A stretch of 63,633 bases of DNA, filler included, from Octopus bimaculoides (Eukaryota): the NCBI RefSeq assembly GCF_001194135.2. It is 5 parts of 5 records of this genome, joined end to end, with 100 filler letters (N's around TTAATTAATTAA, not from the genome) between each part and the next. Parts side by side here need not be neighbours in the genome. Positions count along the whole stretch, not along the records: positions 61,898 to 63,633 come from NW_026305852.1; 4 more parts are not named here. One strand, 5' to 3'. Under the pieces are notes generated by a model, which was not told the DNA's origin, did not search any database, and saw only the letters and a program-made list of their open reading frames with translations. Both the position numbers and the translations under genes were made by a program. Position 1 is the first letter of the stretch. Every line of letters starts with the position of its first letter. This document shows positions 63,503-63,633 of the stretch, piece after piece.

Positions 63503-63557
63503 TTTAAAAAGCAAGCCTGCTGAACTTCATCAAAGAATTATCATTGCTATGGTGGGA
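63503..63557 (+). CDS. Candidate exon 3 of an unidentified gene
   Basis: Acceptor atgcttcacAG, donor GGA/GTATGT; only the phase-2 frame is open and it continues 53222 in frame: (S)LKSKPAELHQRIIIAMVG. Confidence 0.2.
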
Positions 63558-63633
63558 GTATGTGCGAGTATACACACACACACATGCACACGCACAAGCA
63601 CGCACACACACACGCATACACACACAAATGCAC

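Overview
Repeat-dense, gap-rich (many N runs) eukaryotic scaffold window, AT-rich, with abundant (TA)n, (CA)n, (GA)n, (AAT)n and (TAGA)n microsatellites. The SINE families and microsatellite load match a coleoid cephalopod draft genome, most likely Octopus (inference from recognised repeats, not a database result). Almost all sequence is intronic/intergenic and transposon-derived: three tRNA-headed SINE families (called A, B, C here), several mariner/Tc1 copies and derivatives, Merlin, Chapaev3-like, pogo-like and piggyBac-like remnants, R4-like, CR1/L2-like and L1/Tx1-like LINE fragments, and a Penelope-like RT fragment. The only well-supported host coding sequence is one + strand exon (9080-9240) encoding TM7/helix 8 of a rhodopsin-class peptide GPCR of the FMRFamide/sex-peptide-receptor-like type; a few other candidate exons are weak. 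The main hidden signal is RNA-level: three unrelated non-autonomous repeat families each carry a minimal type I hammerhead ribozyme with a palindromic stem III and an extra A after A9, as in Penelope-associated hammerheads: a tRNA-headed element at 14.6-14.95 kb, an intact hammerhead inside a 339-bp foldback at 42.1-42.4 kb, and a core-variant hammerhead at 59.7 kb. The window also directly shows SINE-LINE 3' tail sharing, SINE tail swapping and recurrent SINE head-to-tail junctions. Long ORFs in the supplied track are mostly N-gap or microsatellite artefacts. Coordinates of decayed elements are approximate.
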